A stretch of 64,000 bases of DNA from the human T2T-CHM13v2.0 reference genome, Homo sapiens. The DNA lies in the NCBI RefSeq assembly GCF_009914755.1, contig NC_060926.1. One strand, 5' to 3'. Below are positions 14,956 to 30,780 of this stretch, one piece after another. Numbering within the stretch: the stretch's first letter is position 1; every line of letters begins with the position of its first letter. A program made the translations under genes and the position numbers. Under the pieces are notes generated by a model that searched no databases, was not told where the DNA came from, and saw only the letters and a program-made list of their open reading frames with translations.

Positions 14956-15052
14956 AATAATGAGATAAACAAATAAAATGCCTCGTGCTACATAGCAATA
15001 AAAAATGCAGAGGTTGGCAAAATCTTCAATAGCAATAGATAGTAAACATTTT
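14956..15052 (-). repeat. Inverted duplicate of 11627-11726
   Basis: The reverse complement aligns to 11627-11726 with 3 substitutions and 2 small indels. Confidence 0.95.
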
Positions 15053-15313
15053 TGTGCAAAAGTGACACTGCTATGTCTTCCATCTGACATGGGTTTGACT
15101 GGCCATGTACCTTCAGAAATCGTTGGGCTCTAGGGACTATGTGCTTGCCATAGGAAGAATTTGCCATTAGAGCGTAATCTTGTAAATTAGCAGCAGAACA
15201 GAAGCCCACTTCTCTTCCCGGTAAATTCTGTAGTCAGAAGACAAAAAAAAAAGTTATTTTTTTCTAAAATTATAACCATATATTTCTACCAAAATATAAG
15301 TAATTTATATTAT

Positions 15314-15734
15314 TCTATTAGTCAATTATTGTATTGCTATAAAGAAATAACTGAGACTGGGTAATTTATAAAAAAAAGAGGTTTGTTTTGGCTCACAGTC
15401 CTGCTGGCTATACAGGAAGCATAGGACCAGCATCTGCATCTGGTGAGGGCCTCAGGAAGCTTCTAATTATGGCAGAAGGTAAAGGGGGATACAGTTATGT
15501 CACATGGTAAGAGTGAGAGCAAGGGAGAGGGAGGAATTTCCAGGCTCTTATAAATAACCAGATCTCGTGTGAACTCATAGAGTGAGAACACACTCATTAC
15601 CATGAGGACAGCAGCAAATTATTCATGAGGGATCCACTATCATAACCAAACATGTCCCACCAGGCCCCACCTCCAACACTGATGATCACATTTCCACATG
15701 AGATTTGGAGGGGACAAATATCCAAACCATATCA
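15314..15734 (-). mobile_element. MSTB-type ERVL-MaLR solo LTR
   Basis: gagactgggtaatttata, cagcatctgcatctggtgagggcctcaggaagctt and the end ggggacaaatatccaaaccatatca. Perfect 5-bp TSD ATTAT (15309-15313 and 15735-15739). Confidence 0.88.
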
Positions 15735-16197
15735 ATTATTAAAGTTTAATTATTTAAAATCATGAATCAAAATTAGAATATAGGTTAAACTGTACGCTGT
15801 TACTTTCCAGACAATCATAAAATATTTATTAATCTTATCTCAGAGATGAGGTCAACATTCCCTGAATTTTTAAATCTTCCCCAATTATTTCTGCTGAGGT
15901 TGATTGATGGACCACATTTGGATATGATTAGACTTGATGACGTTTATGGTTCCTTTGATTTTTTTTTTTCAGATCTGAAAATATCTTTTTTTTTTTAGGA
16001 AAAAGATTCCAGGCAGGTTAAAAATTAACAATAGAGGGTATCGATGCAGAATTGTAGTCATTCTAAGCATTCAAGAAATACGGGAATATAAATATCTGGA
16101 AACCGGCTCTTAGTTTTCAAAACAAAAGGTGTAAGTCATTCCTAACTAATCTGAGCTTTATAGCATTTTCCTAGATAGGAAGGGGAAAAACAGTTAA

Positions 16198-16579
<382 letters not shown>

Positions 16580-16720
16580 AAATTTCTTCTTTTTTAAACA
16601 CAGATAAAAATATTATACAGGTCCACTGTTAAAATAGACAACATGTTGCAAATTAATTTGATATGTATTCCAAAAAAGCTTAGAAAATAAAGGTGTTAAA
16701 GTTGCTTTGGACTAAGTTTA

Positions 16721-17306
<586 letters not shown>

Positions 17307-17412
17307 TCATGTATCATAATTGGGATTAAAAGTGACAGTAAGACCACAGTCAGTAGTCAATATTCCTACCACTTATACCGATTCCAAAATCTATTTTACA
17401 GATGTTATCTTA

Positions 17413-17604
<192 letters not shown>

Positions 17605-17628
17605 TCAATGTGCTTCTGCAGCTTCTCA

Positions 17629-18009
<381 letters not shown>

Positions 18010-19394
18010 TCATCATCATCATCTCTTTCTTTCTTTTCCAATGCTTGTCTTTCCAGTTGTCTTGCTCCTTCATCCACTGAGGCTCTTAATCCTTTATCAG
18101 TTTCCTGCTGCCCTGCTGCAGCCCCTTTACTCTTCTTTTTCCTCCATCTGTTTTTCTTGGCTTCTTCCTCAGTTGTAGAGGCAGCTTCCTCCTCCCTTTC
18201 ATCTGGATCCAGGTTGCCATTCATGTAGCTCCCAAAGGTCGCTGCCTCCTCCATGCCTGCCATGTTGCCTGAAAGGTTCCTCTGAATTTTAAGAGTAAAT
18301 ATTTTCTAATCACTTGAATTTAATATTGTCTCTAAGTGTATCCTCTATATTCTAAGATTTGATGCAATGTACAAAGAACCTCTTGGTTGAATGAGAAACA
18401 TTCTAGTACCTTTCACTTAACTTTGAAAATCAATGTTAGCCTATTATGCAAGTTTTGGTGACAGTATATCTTTCTACCAACAAACCAGAACTTAACACTT
18501 CTCTCTGCGAATTCGAAGTTATGGTTGTTCATGCTAAAAGAAAGCAAAGTGCTAGAATAATAATTTAAAACCCCCTTTTAGTTAAATTCTCTCGGTTTAC
18601 TTAGTATTTTTCTCTTACAATAGACTCAGGGAACTAAATCCCTAAGTTGTTGTTGAAATCTTCTTTTTAAAAACATGTAACACTTTGCATTAATTATAGT
18701 TACACAAACAGTATAGTATTTTCTACACATGCAGTCTAAACCTTAGGTTGATTGGACAAGACCTTTGAGAAATGTTTAGCTGAGTCACAGTTATTTACAG
18801 GAACCTAAACCTAAGAAGACTTGAACCCATTTTTAAAAAATTTGTGTTAGCGTCACCAAATATTTCTTTCTGGGTGGTCCAGGATCACATTTTCTCCTCA
18901 GGTACGTTAGCTGTTCGGTGTTGGCTAACACCAATCAGCATCTAGGGTCAACAGAAGGAATTAAGTAATGCATAAAATAAAGAAGTAGTTTCCAAAAGTT
19001 GCCATAACCACCATCTATGCCTTGTCTTAACATATATCTGTCTTCTCTGTGTACTACTGATTTCACCCACACATTCGGTTATTTTAATCTCTTGCCTTCT
19101 CAGACTACCATGGTCTTCACATTTGTAGCTTGTCCCCTCTCTTTTAGATTCCATTTGATCTGGTTGTGTAGAAAACCTAAGTTAGTAATGTAAACCAGAA
19201 GATCCAGGTAAAATCTCACCAGCCAACCAGCCTCTGCATTTAAAAATTTGACATTTATGCTTTCAGTTATGACATTCTGTTGCTTTCACTTACAAATTCT
19301 GCAACAATTCCTAGAGATTTTCAAATTTATCAAAAAAAATACCCAACAATTAGTCAACAATGTGAATCATGAGCAACATTCTTTATTAAAACTA

Positions 19395-19706
<312 letters not shown>

Positions 19707-19731
19707 CTAAATTTACAGAAATTACAGTCTA

Positions 19732-20074
<343 letters not shown>

Positions 20075-20647
20075 TTCATTTGAATGTCACCTTCTAGGAC
20101 TTACCAACTAATTCAATATATTTTTAAAAGAGTTCTCATGTTCATTTGTATTTGATCACTAATTTCACAATATACAAAGAAGACTATTGATTCATCAAGA
20201 ATCTAAGGCCTTTGAGCACAATTTTTAATTCTTCTCAAAATATTTTCTCCTCCAGTCTTAATGACATCTGGTTTCTGCTCCAGGATATGGAAAGCTAGAA
20301 GGAGTATTTCTTCTACACTTATAGAAACAAAAAGGCTAGAAAAATAGTAAACCCACAACTTTTCTTGGACCCATTCAAAAGTTGAGATTACAACACAACC
20401 AACTAACCAGAAAACTGGGGAGAGACAGGTGCCTACAGGGAAAGACAGGATATATGCATTTGCTTTGCTAAGGTGGATGTCACCTGGACACCACTAAGTG
20501 TTCAGAATAACTGATAAATTGGAGGCAGAGTGCAGAGTGCAGACTGGTAGAGAGGGTGAAGCCTCTGAGGTCCACAGATATGGGAGAAGGAGACTCCCAC
20601 ACACCAGCATTCTTTTTATCCATGAAGCCCACTAGGTGTTAACAGGA

Positions 20648-20846
20648 AGGTATGGGGGTGAGGGGATCAGAGAAGTGAATCCAGAGACAACTTCTTTTAT
20701 GTAGGACTGGTGGACAGGAAGAGCAGGCATAAAAAATGAGCTGGAGGTATGGGGGTTAGAGGATCGGAAAGGTGAGTCAAGAGACAGCTTCTTTTATTTA
20801 GGACTGGTGGACAGGAAAAGCAGGCATGAAAAATGAGCTGGAGGTA
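20648..20846. repeat. Tandem duplication, 2 x 97 bp
   Basis: aggtatggggg...taggactggtggacaggaa...aaaatgagctgg recurs with period 97. Confidence 0.9.
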
Positions 20847-22055
20847 ATGCTCCTGTATGGAACCAAAGCCTTAATCTCCCGGAAAAACACAGGGCATAAG
20901 GCACTGATGTTAACCTATGGCACCTGACAAAGATAACAAGAAAAACAAAAGGAGCAGAACTATGTTCTTAGCAAGAACTATAGCTGGAAAAAGAGCAGTA
21001 ACACTTTGAGGGCCACATCCCTGAGACCCAGAGACTTTTCCCAACTTCACTACCCACCACCAGGCTAAAAAGCACCAAGTAAGGTGATAATGGAGTACTG
21101 CTGGTTAAGTTGCAAGTGACAGACACTCTTTGTGGTACAGCACGAAAGGGAAGGTTAATGGGGAAGGTGGAGTAGAAATTGAGAAAAAAATTTTGGGAAG
21201 CCTCCATTCCAAACACACAGTATATTGTTAGAGAAATTTGAAGACTGGGGTTTACTAAAGGCAAACATAGCAAAGACAATTTCAACACTGAACAACTCCT
21301 GGCTAGATTAACACAATCCTATATACAGAAAAGGTATGCCTATTTAAAAGCCTAAACTCTAAGTACTTGAGTCTATGCTTTCCTATACAAAATACATGGC
21401 TTTCTACACACACACACACAACCCCCACAATGTAATCAACAGAACCACCAGATTCAGATATGGTGCAGATGTTGAAACCACCTGACTGAGAATTTCAAAT
21501 TACTATGATTAATATGTTATACACTCTAAAGAAAAAGGTGGACATATTTAACTTTATATAGCCAGTTTTATCAAAAAGAGGGAAAGCAAAAGGAAGAAAC
21601 AAATCCAAATGGTAGAAATGCATAGCATAGTAATAGATAAAGCATGTATTTGATTGGCTTATTAGTAGACTGGACAGAGTGAAGAAAATATTCAGTGAAC
21701 TTGAACATAGGTCAATAGGAATTACTTCAACTGAAACACAGAAAAAATAGTGGGAAAAATAAAAACAAACGATAACACAGAAAAAAGCATCCATGAACTG
21801 TCAGACGAAATCAAGTAATCTAACAATTGCCTAACTGGAATTCTAGAAGGAGAATCAGGACAGAATGCAGCAGAGAAACATTTGAAACAGAATGGAGCAG
21901 AGAAGCATTTGAAAAAAATAATGACCAAGAATTTTTGACATGAATAATAGACACCAACACATAGATCCAGGAAACTCAAAGAACATCAAACAGGGTGAAT
22001 ACTTGCCTTAAGGGATGAGACCTGGTGGGATAGGACAGTAAACACACATAGGTAT

Positions 22056-22607
22056 CATATTATATTATAATATTACATATAATATAATATAATATTATTA
22101 CATTACATATATTATATATTACATGTAATATAATATAATATAATACTATAGTATTATAGTATATATAATATAATAATATAGTATTATAGTATATATAATA
22201 TTATATTATTTATTATATTATATTATATATACTATAATACTATAGTATTATAGTATATATAATACTATAGTATTATATTATATATACTATAATACTATAG
22301 TATTATATATAATATAATACTATAGTATTATAGTATATATAATATAATATTATAATAATACTATAGTATTATAGTATATATAATATAATATTATATTACA
22401 TGTAATATATTATATTGACATGTATATTACATTGACATATACATAATCAATATATTACATTGATTATGTAATATATACATGTAATATATTATATTACATA
22501 TAATATATTACATATAATATTATATTACATATAATATATAATATAATATATTACATTATATTATATGTAATATTATAATTATATATTATATTATATTATA
22601 CTATATT
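22056..22607. repeat. ~550-bp palindromic AT-rich simple repeat
   Basis: Almost entirely A/T, with repeated TAATACTATAGTATTA and TATTACA units. Confidence 0.92.
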
Positions 22608-23564
22608 AAACAATGCTGCAAACAAAAGACAAAAAGAAAACACTTAACACAGACTGAGAGGGAAAAAAGACAAGTTACAGGGAAACAAATATATTATAGC
22701 TGATTTCTCATCAAAAACTGAAAAAAATAAAATACTGTCTTTCCATAATTCTTTACCCAGCAAAAATATATTTTGAAAATGAGGTATAAATACAGGCTTT
22801 ATAAGAGAAACAAAATCAGATAATTCATTTTGAGAAGATCTACGCAACAAGAAATGTTCAAAGAAATTCATCGGGCAGAAGGAATGTGATATCAGATTGA
22901 AATGTGAATCTTCTAAGGAAATAAAGAGCACTGCCAAGGGAATAACTGAAAATAAAATAATTTAAAAATTTGCTGTAAAAGATAACTTAATGCCTAAAGA
23001 ACAATACTAGCAACATATTGTGTTTATGGAGTGTTTAAAAGAATATGTATGACCTCAATAGCTCAAAGAATGGGGAAAAAGAATTGGACATACACAGTTA
23101 TGAGGTCCTTAAACCGCTTGTCAAATAGTACATGATTTTATTTAAAATAAGATTCTGATTAATTGAAAGTATATATTGAAAGTATGGATCACTGGACTAT
23201 GAAAAAGTACAAATAATTTAATAACGGAGATAAAATTGATTATTATAAAATGTATTATTAACACAAGATACATCAGAAAAAGAGGGAAAAAATAGCAAAA
23301 ACAGATAGAACAAATAAAACACAGTGTGGGAAAATGATAGATCTTTATCTCCTAGGCTTTTTATTGTTGTTCCTCTAGAGTCACTCTGAAAAATCTTAAT
23401 TCATATACATAAATACAGTAATTTGTGAATAATCTTACTGGGAAGCAAGAGGCATTTGTAATATGGGTAAGCTGTGTTTTCCCTGCAGGAAACTTCCGGT
23501 TTTCTTTATAAAAAAGCTTGTGGTTTTATCCTTACAAAAACATACACGTGAATACAATCATTAA

Positions 23565-23982
<418 letters not shown>

Positions 23983-24179
23983 TGACAAACTTGTAAGTTC
24001 TTGATAGGTCAGTAGCTGTTCCCCAAATTGTCTTCAAAGATCTGTCATTTTAAATGGCTTCTTTGTGATACAATAAATACATTCCTCTAAAAATATTTTA
24101 TTTTCATGTTTGTTGCACTGCTAAGAATAAAATCTTTGAAATATATCTGTAGTGAAAAAATACAATGGACAATTTCGAT

Positions 24180-24730
24180 TGTCTACTCAACATTCTTTGT
24201 CTCCTTACACCTTCCTAAGAGCACCTGGGATGCTCTTCAGGAACACATTCCTCCTTCATACTACCTGGGTGACTCAGGGAAAACTGATTCTGTTTCTAGC
24301 TCAGATGCCACCCTTGATCAATCTAAATTATTAATAATAATCTAGTCCCCATTCCACACTCGATCAAGCCAGTGATCGATTCAGGAGCTCAAATTTAATC
24401 CAATCAGCAGAGAGCATTCCAGCCTTTGGTTATTTTTATTCTGTGAGTTGACCCAAGACATGATATTGCCCAAACACAGTGGGAGAGAGGCGTTTTATTC
24501 CACAAATAGAAGAGTGGCTTTTCCTCTCTCCTACTACATGAAGACTAGGAAACGGGCTGTCCTGGAGGCTACTGACAATCATGTTTTGGCCACAAGAGAG
24601 GCCAGCTTGAAAATAAAGTTATACATGTACAAGAGTTGACCTGGAAGAAGCACAGGGGAACTGAGTTTGAGTCCTCATTTTAATTTGCCTTGAGCTTGTT
24701 CTCTCTTGGGACTTCCAGTTATGTGAGAGT
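24180..24730. mobile_element. Old MLT1-type MaLR LTR remnant
   Basis: Diverged MLT1-like motifs (tggccacaagagaggccagcttg, ggacttccagttatgtgag); subfamily not resolved. Confidence 0.4.
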
Positions 24731-24734
24731 CACT

Positions 24735-24900
24735 TAACTCAATAAATATTTATTGAGCACCTACTTTGTGTCAGATATTCTTCTACTAGGAATACAGCAT
24801 GAACAGTAGAGCTGTGTTCACAGAGCTTATGTTCATGTGAGCACAGAAAATCAGAAGGAAAGTAAATATAGAATAGGTCAGATGTTAAGAAATGCTATTA
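24735..24900 (-). mobile_element. L2 3' end
   Basis: actcaataaatatttattgagcacctactttgtgtcag. Confidence 0.65.
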
Positions 24901-25339
24901 TTTGTTATTTTTGATTGATACTCTATAACTTTTAGTGACTCCAACTAAACACATGGGGTCATTCCCTTTAGCCTCTTTTCTCAGGAATCCTGCCCCCAAA
25001 TTGCCATCCATTTCACTTTAGCAGCCCTGGATTCTGATCCAGCCCCACTCACCTCATTCAGCTCCTTCTCCCTCTTCTAAGGTTCTAAAATGTTACAGTG
25101 GTCCTGATATTCAACACATATTTCTTTTCCCTTTTGGATCACATTTTGTCTGTTGTCCCGTATCTAAAACCACCTGCCTCATGCATTTTTGGTTGGAGGA
25201 AAAGTCCAGTACAAATCTCATGAGCAGAAGTGTAAAGAGACCTGAGTTTTCATAGTGAATAGGAGTTTAGAAAGATGAATAATTCACATATAAGAAATCA
25301 TCTGTATGTAGATATGGAAAGATGAAATATATATAATAT

Positions 25340-26428
25340 ATATTTTTTAAGTTGACATATACTATATAGTAATCAGATCAGGGTAATTAGCATATCAATA
25401 ATCTCAAACATTTATCATTGCTTTGTGTTGGGAACATTCAATATCCTCCTTCAAGCTATTTGAGACTATATAATACATTGTTAACTATAGTCATCCTACA
25501 ATGTTATAGAACACTAGAATTTATTCCTCCTATCTATCTGTAATTTTATATCCTTTAACAAATCTCTTCCTATTCCTCCTTTTCCCAACCCTTGATGTGA
25601 GAGCAACATTTATTTTTTCTTCCACATATGAGTGAGAACATGTAGTCTTTAACTTTCTTTTCCTGGTTCATTTGACTTAACATAATGTCCTCCAGTCCCA
25701 TCCATGTTGCTCCAAATGATAGGGTTTTTTGTTTGTTTGTTTGTTTTTTTGTTTTTTTTGTTTTTTTTTTTTTTTTGGAGAAGGGGGTCTCACTCTGTTG
25801 CTCAGGCTGAGTGTAATGGTGCAATCATAACTCACAAGAGCCTCAAACTCCCAGGCTCAAGTGATCCACTCACCTCAGCCTACTATGTAGCTGGAACCAC
25901 CAATGCATCATCAAGCCTGGCTAATTTTTTTAATTTCTTGTAGAGATGGGGTCTCGCTTTGTTGCCCAGGCTGTTCTGAAACTCCTGGCCTCAAGTGTTT
26001 TTCCTGCCTTGGCCTCCCACATTTCTGGGATTACAGGTGTGAGCCACCATAGTCTGATCTGACCTCATCTTTTTTTTATGGTTGCATAGCATTTTACTGT
26101 GTATGTGTGCCACATTTTCTTTATCCATTCATCTGTTATTGGACACCTAGTTTGATTCCACATCTTGGCTATTGTGAATGGTGCTGCAATAAACATGGGA
26201 GTACAGATGTCTCCCTGATATAATGATTTCCTTTTCTTTGGATAAATTCCTAGTGGTGGGATTGCTGGATCATATTGTAGTTCTGTTTGTGGTTTTTGAG
26301 GGACCTCCATACTATTCATAGTGGCTGTATTAGTTTACATTCCCACCAACAGTGTATAAGAGTTCCCATTTTTTCTATATCCTCACTAGCATTTACTAGT
26401 TTTTGTCTTTTTGATAATAGCTACCCTA
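25340..26428 (-). mobile_element. L1MA-type LINE-1 3' end (ORF2 C-terminus plus 3'UTR), interrupted by an AluJ
   Basis: The minus-strand ORF 26065-26319 gives the L1 ORF2 C-terminus (YDPAIPPLGIYP..CTPMFIAAPFTIAK.WNQ..CP..DEWIKKMW). L1MA 3'UTR motifs at 25370-25560. Confidence 0.9.
25725..26060 (-). mobile_element. AluJ-like
   Basis: Diverged antisense Alu (ggctcaagtgatcc, gtagagatggggtctcgctttgttgcccaggctg). Confidence 0.9.
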
Positions 26429-26589
26429 AGGAGTTAAGTGTGACTTGAAAAGGAGGACAGATTATTTCTAAGAGTTGTAACTGAATACAGATGTGTCTAG
26501 AGGGGAAGGCAAAAGTTACGTCATGAAGGGAGGGGTAGCTAAATAAACATATTCTTCCATATCTTCCCTTTCCTAACTTTTCCCTTATT

Positions 26590-26740
26590 ATGTTCACAGT
26601 TTCTATTGATTATTTTCACTTGCAGATCCACACTATAATATAAGGTTGCTGAGAATGAAACCATAACTGACTTGCTCACTGTTACATTTCCAGTTTCTGG
26701 ATCATGGTAGGCACTCAACAGAAAATGTGTTGAATTGGCT
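26590..26740 (+). mobile_element. L2 3' end
   Basis: catggtaggcactcaacagaaaatgtgttgaatt. Confidence 0.5.
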
Positions 26741-29199
26741 ATGTCTGTGTATGGTTGTGTACAGGTTAAATGTATTTATATGTATATATATGGGGTTGTT
26801 TCATGCATTAAGCAACTTAAAACATTACTGATGGTGTGAAAGTAAAACTTCGGAACTCTTATTAGGTGGGTTATTTTTGAAAGCATATTCATTCTTTCAG
26901 GAAAATAATATATTACTAAGTATATTTATTTATTTCATTAAAAGTTTCAAATTTTGGCCTCCACATTAAAACTACCTTGGGGCAAAGGTTCAAATGAATT
27001 ATAATTAAGTCAAATAAAAACAAGCATAAATGTCCAACATACGTTATATCAGTGGAACACCTATTTTAGAAAATAGCTAGTGTAACTCCCTTGGTAAGTG
27101 AGCATCCTGGAGACCACCAAAAAATAACCTTGTGAAGAAATCATAGTTTGTGAAAACAAATGGCTATGGTATTGTGAGAGAGAGGTTTCCACTGAAAAGT
27201 AAATTTCATGATTTTTGTCTACCATTGAAAAAGTATTGTTACTTCCCTAGTCAAAATATGTGGTTTTGCCATGTGTTTTCAAACACAATATGAATGTGTG
27301 AGGGATATTTCGAAACAGCCACCTGGAACAAACATAGTAAAATGACCAATTAGGAAACACAGAGGCTTCCATGGAAAAAATAATAAATATTTTAATTCTC
27401 CCCAAGTTTGCATTTGGAAATATTTGTTAGAGGTTTTATTCACCAAAATAAATAACCAAACTTCTGAGATATCCCACCTCACTTGAACTTAAATATGTTG
27501 TGCACATAGTTAAATTTTTACCTAGCTTCTCCAGAGTAACATTTGTAGGTTCCCTGTTTTTTTTTTATGTAAAAGTATTTAGGTTATTGAAACTCAGTCA
27601 CCTCTCCATCAACTGCACGTGAAATACTCTTCTTGTGAATTATACACAGAACATTTAAATTGCATAAAACTTTATCTTCCACAAATATTTACGGTGCTTT
27701 TTACAGGTTGTAAGCACTTAATACAAACTTATTGAGTAAAGGCCTCCCTCATGTCCTTTGTTAAAATAAACATTCTTTTATATTTTGACACAAGAAAAGC
27801 CTTGCTAAGCATTTTTCCTGAGAATTTGAGGTAACTGTGTCAAAATCACATGGACAAAATAATTTTCCATAATAAGTTAAACAGGTGAGTTTCTTTCCTT
27901 GTTCCTGTAAAGATATTTTCACACTGTGAGGGGACAGAAAGAAGGTTTCAGGATAAAATAATTTAGGAAGATATATTAGAGTTAGAGCTCGGTGAGGGCA
28001 AGTGAAATATAATAACCTTAGCTAAATTAAGTAGATATTTTAATGGAGATGTTGGTGAGGAATTACTTACTGGCATAAATGGGACTTTTATAATGCAAAG
28101 ATAAGAAATGCATCAAGTCCCTTTAGAAAGACTAGAGCCCGGTGTATAGTAATACATAAAAACACCATCAGAACGCAGGGAATGTTTCGTTGCACTCAAT
28201 GACTTCTTTCTCTCTCTCTTATCTTTTTATCTTTCTTTTTCTGCAGATTGGGTTTCTCTGCTTCTTACTATGTGTGTTAAAGTACACTATGCTACCATCT
28301 CAAATTTTTATATCTCTGCTGTGCAAGAGATCCACCCCAACTGAAACTAGAATCTCTTAATTTAATTGATAAATTCTGGTAAAAAGAATCTGATTGGCTC
28401 ATCCTGAGGCAATTTTCCACCTATATTTTGACTCCTAATGTAATTATTAATTTTGAAGTACTCTATATTTATTTACTTGCCTTATATTTAGTGATTCTAT
28501 AGGACTCAATTATGAATAACTATTTTATTTTCAATTATGACATGGTTCACCACATTCCTTGCATCATCTACAGCGTAACACAAATGTGTCTTTATCATAC
28601 AACAATGTTAACTTAAAATGTTTGAGAAACTGGTAATAAATTTATGTCAACAGAGCCATAAAAGCATGAAACTTGGAGGAAGGAAGGCTTGAGTTATTCT
28701 ATCAGGCAACCATCCCAAAGATCGAGTGAGGACAAAGATAACGTTAAATTGGTAAGTAGAAGGAGAAACAATAAATATCAACTCTAGCATAGTGACTGAA
28801 CAAAATCATGCACCTTTTCTTCCTTCTTCCTTCAATTAAATTTCCCCTATTATTTTTTATGTGTTAGTGAATGATAAAATTGCAACTTGATTTTTAGAAT
28901 ATATGACCAGATAAGATTGTGACTGAACTAGAAAAGAAATTGATATTGACCTGTGTAAAATATGACAGACAAGGGGACTTCATATCATCCATTTTTGGAA
29001 GAGGTGAGAACATTTCCATTTAGACAGTAGATAGTTTTAGCATACTAAGCAGAAGCAGAAACACTGATTATTTTGTGGTATGATAGTTAATTGTGCATAA
29101 AAGCATGAAGTGGACACTTCGAAGCATGTACCTTCTTATAGAAGGTATTACTTTAAGAATGCAGAAGCAAAATATCTTTCTATATTTTTGCTCTCATTT

Positions 29200-29237
29200 A
29201 GTGTGGCAGACACTTTAACTATTTGTATAGTTTTTCC

Positions 29238-29271
<34 letters not shown>

Positions 29272-29528
29272 TGGTGTCTAGAGTCAAGGGGGCAGTCAAG
29301 CAGTTGCTGACTCCAATGAAACAAACCTAAGGCAAATGAAATATAAAGAATGATGGTTCCAAAGAATGGAAAGATCCTGGGTTCTTTGATGAAAAAGTTG
29401 AGCAACTAGGCCAGACCTGGGAGAGTTTATTTCTAGACTTCTTAAGGGAGGTAATAAAGCTCAAATTATTTCTGTTATTTTGGGTTGAGAATTTTGTTTC
29501 TTGAATCCAAACCTACTCTAAGTTATAC
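29200..29528 (+). mobile_element. MLT1J-like LTR remnant containing a (CA)n at 29240-29268
   Basis: Begins tgtggcagac; ggaaagatcctgggttctttgatga; ends ctctaagttataca. Confidence 0.5.
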
Positions 29529-29639
29529 AAATAAGTATTCCCTACTCAAACTGGTTTCCACATTGCACTTCTAATTGATAATTACCTTGTTAACGAAACC
29601 TTCCCTGACAACCCAATGTATTTAGGAACCTTTATCTGA

Positions 29640-30266
29640 CACTCTCCATAGAAGCTTTATTTATAAGAGCCAAAAACTAGAAAAAAAATCTTTCAAAAAA
29701 TCGAATGTTTTGAATTACCCAAATTGCCCCTGCCAAAATCATTAACGCTCCTTAATTACAAAGGGAAAAGCAGTACTTTCACAGTGTCTAATGGGAACAG
29801 CCCCTTAATCAAGTGATCAAATCCTGGGACCAGTGAGTCTCACATGCTTCCTGGGAAGGGCACACTGTCATTCCTTTGGTGGTCCTGCCACAAATCATGA
29901 TTAGAATGTAACAATGTGAAACATCAAAGGTATGTAAATTCAATTACAAAATAACCCTTCTGTTCTTCTCAAAAAGATCAAGGTCAAGATACAGACTGAA
30001 GGAAAGAGTCGGAAGAGATGGGGCAACAAGCTGCAACAAGTGATCCAGAGTAGACCTTGAGCTGTGGAAAAAACAAATGCAGCACATTTTTAGGATTATT
30101 GACACAATTTGAATACAGATTGTGGATTGGATCACAGAGCTATATGTTCCTGTGTGAAGGAATTAATACATTCAATGATATTAATGTAAACAGACACCAC
30201 ATCTCCAAGTTATTGTCAAATGTTTCAGAGCAAACTTTTTTGAAATTGTATGAAAATAAAAGTTAA
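29640..30266 (+). mobile_element. Old L1M (MC/MD/ME-type) 3' fragment
   Basis: agctttatttataagagccaaaaactagaaa; gtactttcacagtg...ccttaatcaagtgatcaa; ends aaaataaaagttaaaa. Confidence 0.5.
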
Positions 30267-30267
30267 A

Positions 30268-30300
30268 ACACACACACACAAACACACACACACACAGACA
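30268..30300. repeat. (CA)n microsatellite, interrupted
   Basis: Direct reading. Confidence 0.85.
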
Positions 30301-30412
30301 TGCCTTAGCTCAAACACCACTTGTCTTTATCTCTCAGTCTGACACAGATGTTTTGTCTCCCACAATGCTCTGTACATGCCACTACCTTAGCATCTTTCAT
30401 GCTATATGATAA

Positions 30413-30780
<368 letters not shown>

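Larger units (their letters stand above)
20265..23340 (+). mobile_element. Old L1M 5'UTR/ORF1 remnant interrupted by an AT-rich tract
   Basis: A-rich strand with ORF1-like motifs (cagattcagatatgg, actatgattaatatgtta, agtgaacttgaacataggtcaatag, atccaggaaactcaaagaacatcaaacagg, atagctgatttctcatcaaaaac). Boundaries approximate. Confidence 0.7.

Noticed and set aside
14883-14960. Short direct repeats resembling a CRISPR-like array
   Set aside because: No unique spacers, only three contiguous units, eukaryotic context and no cas genes; better explained as a repair junction.
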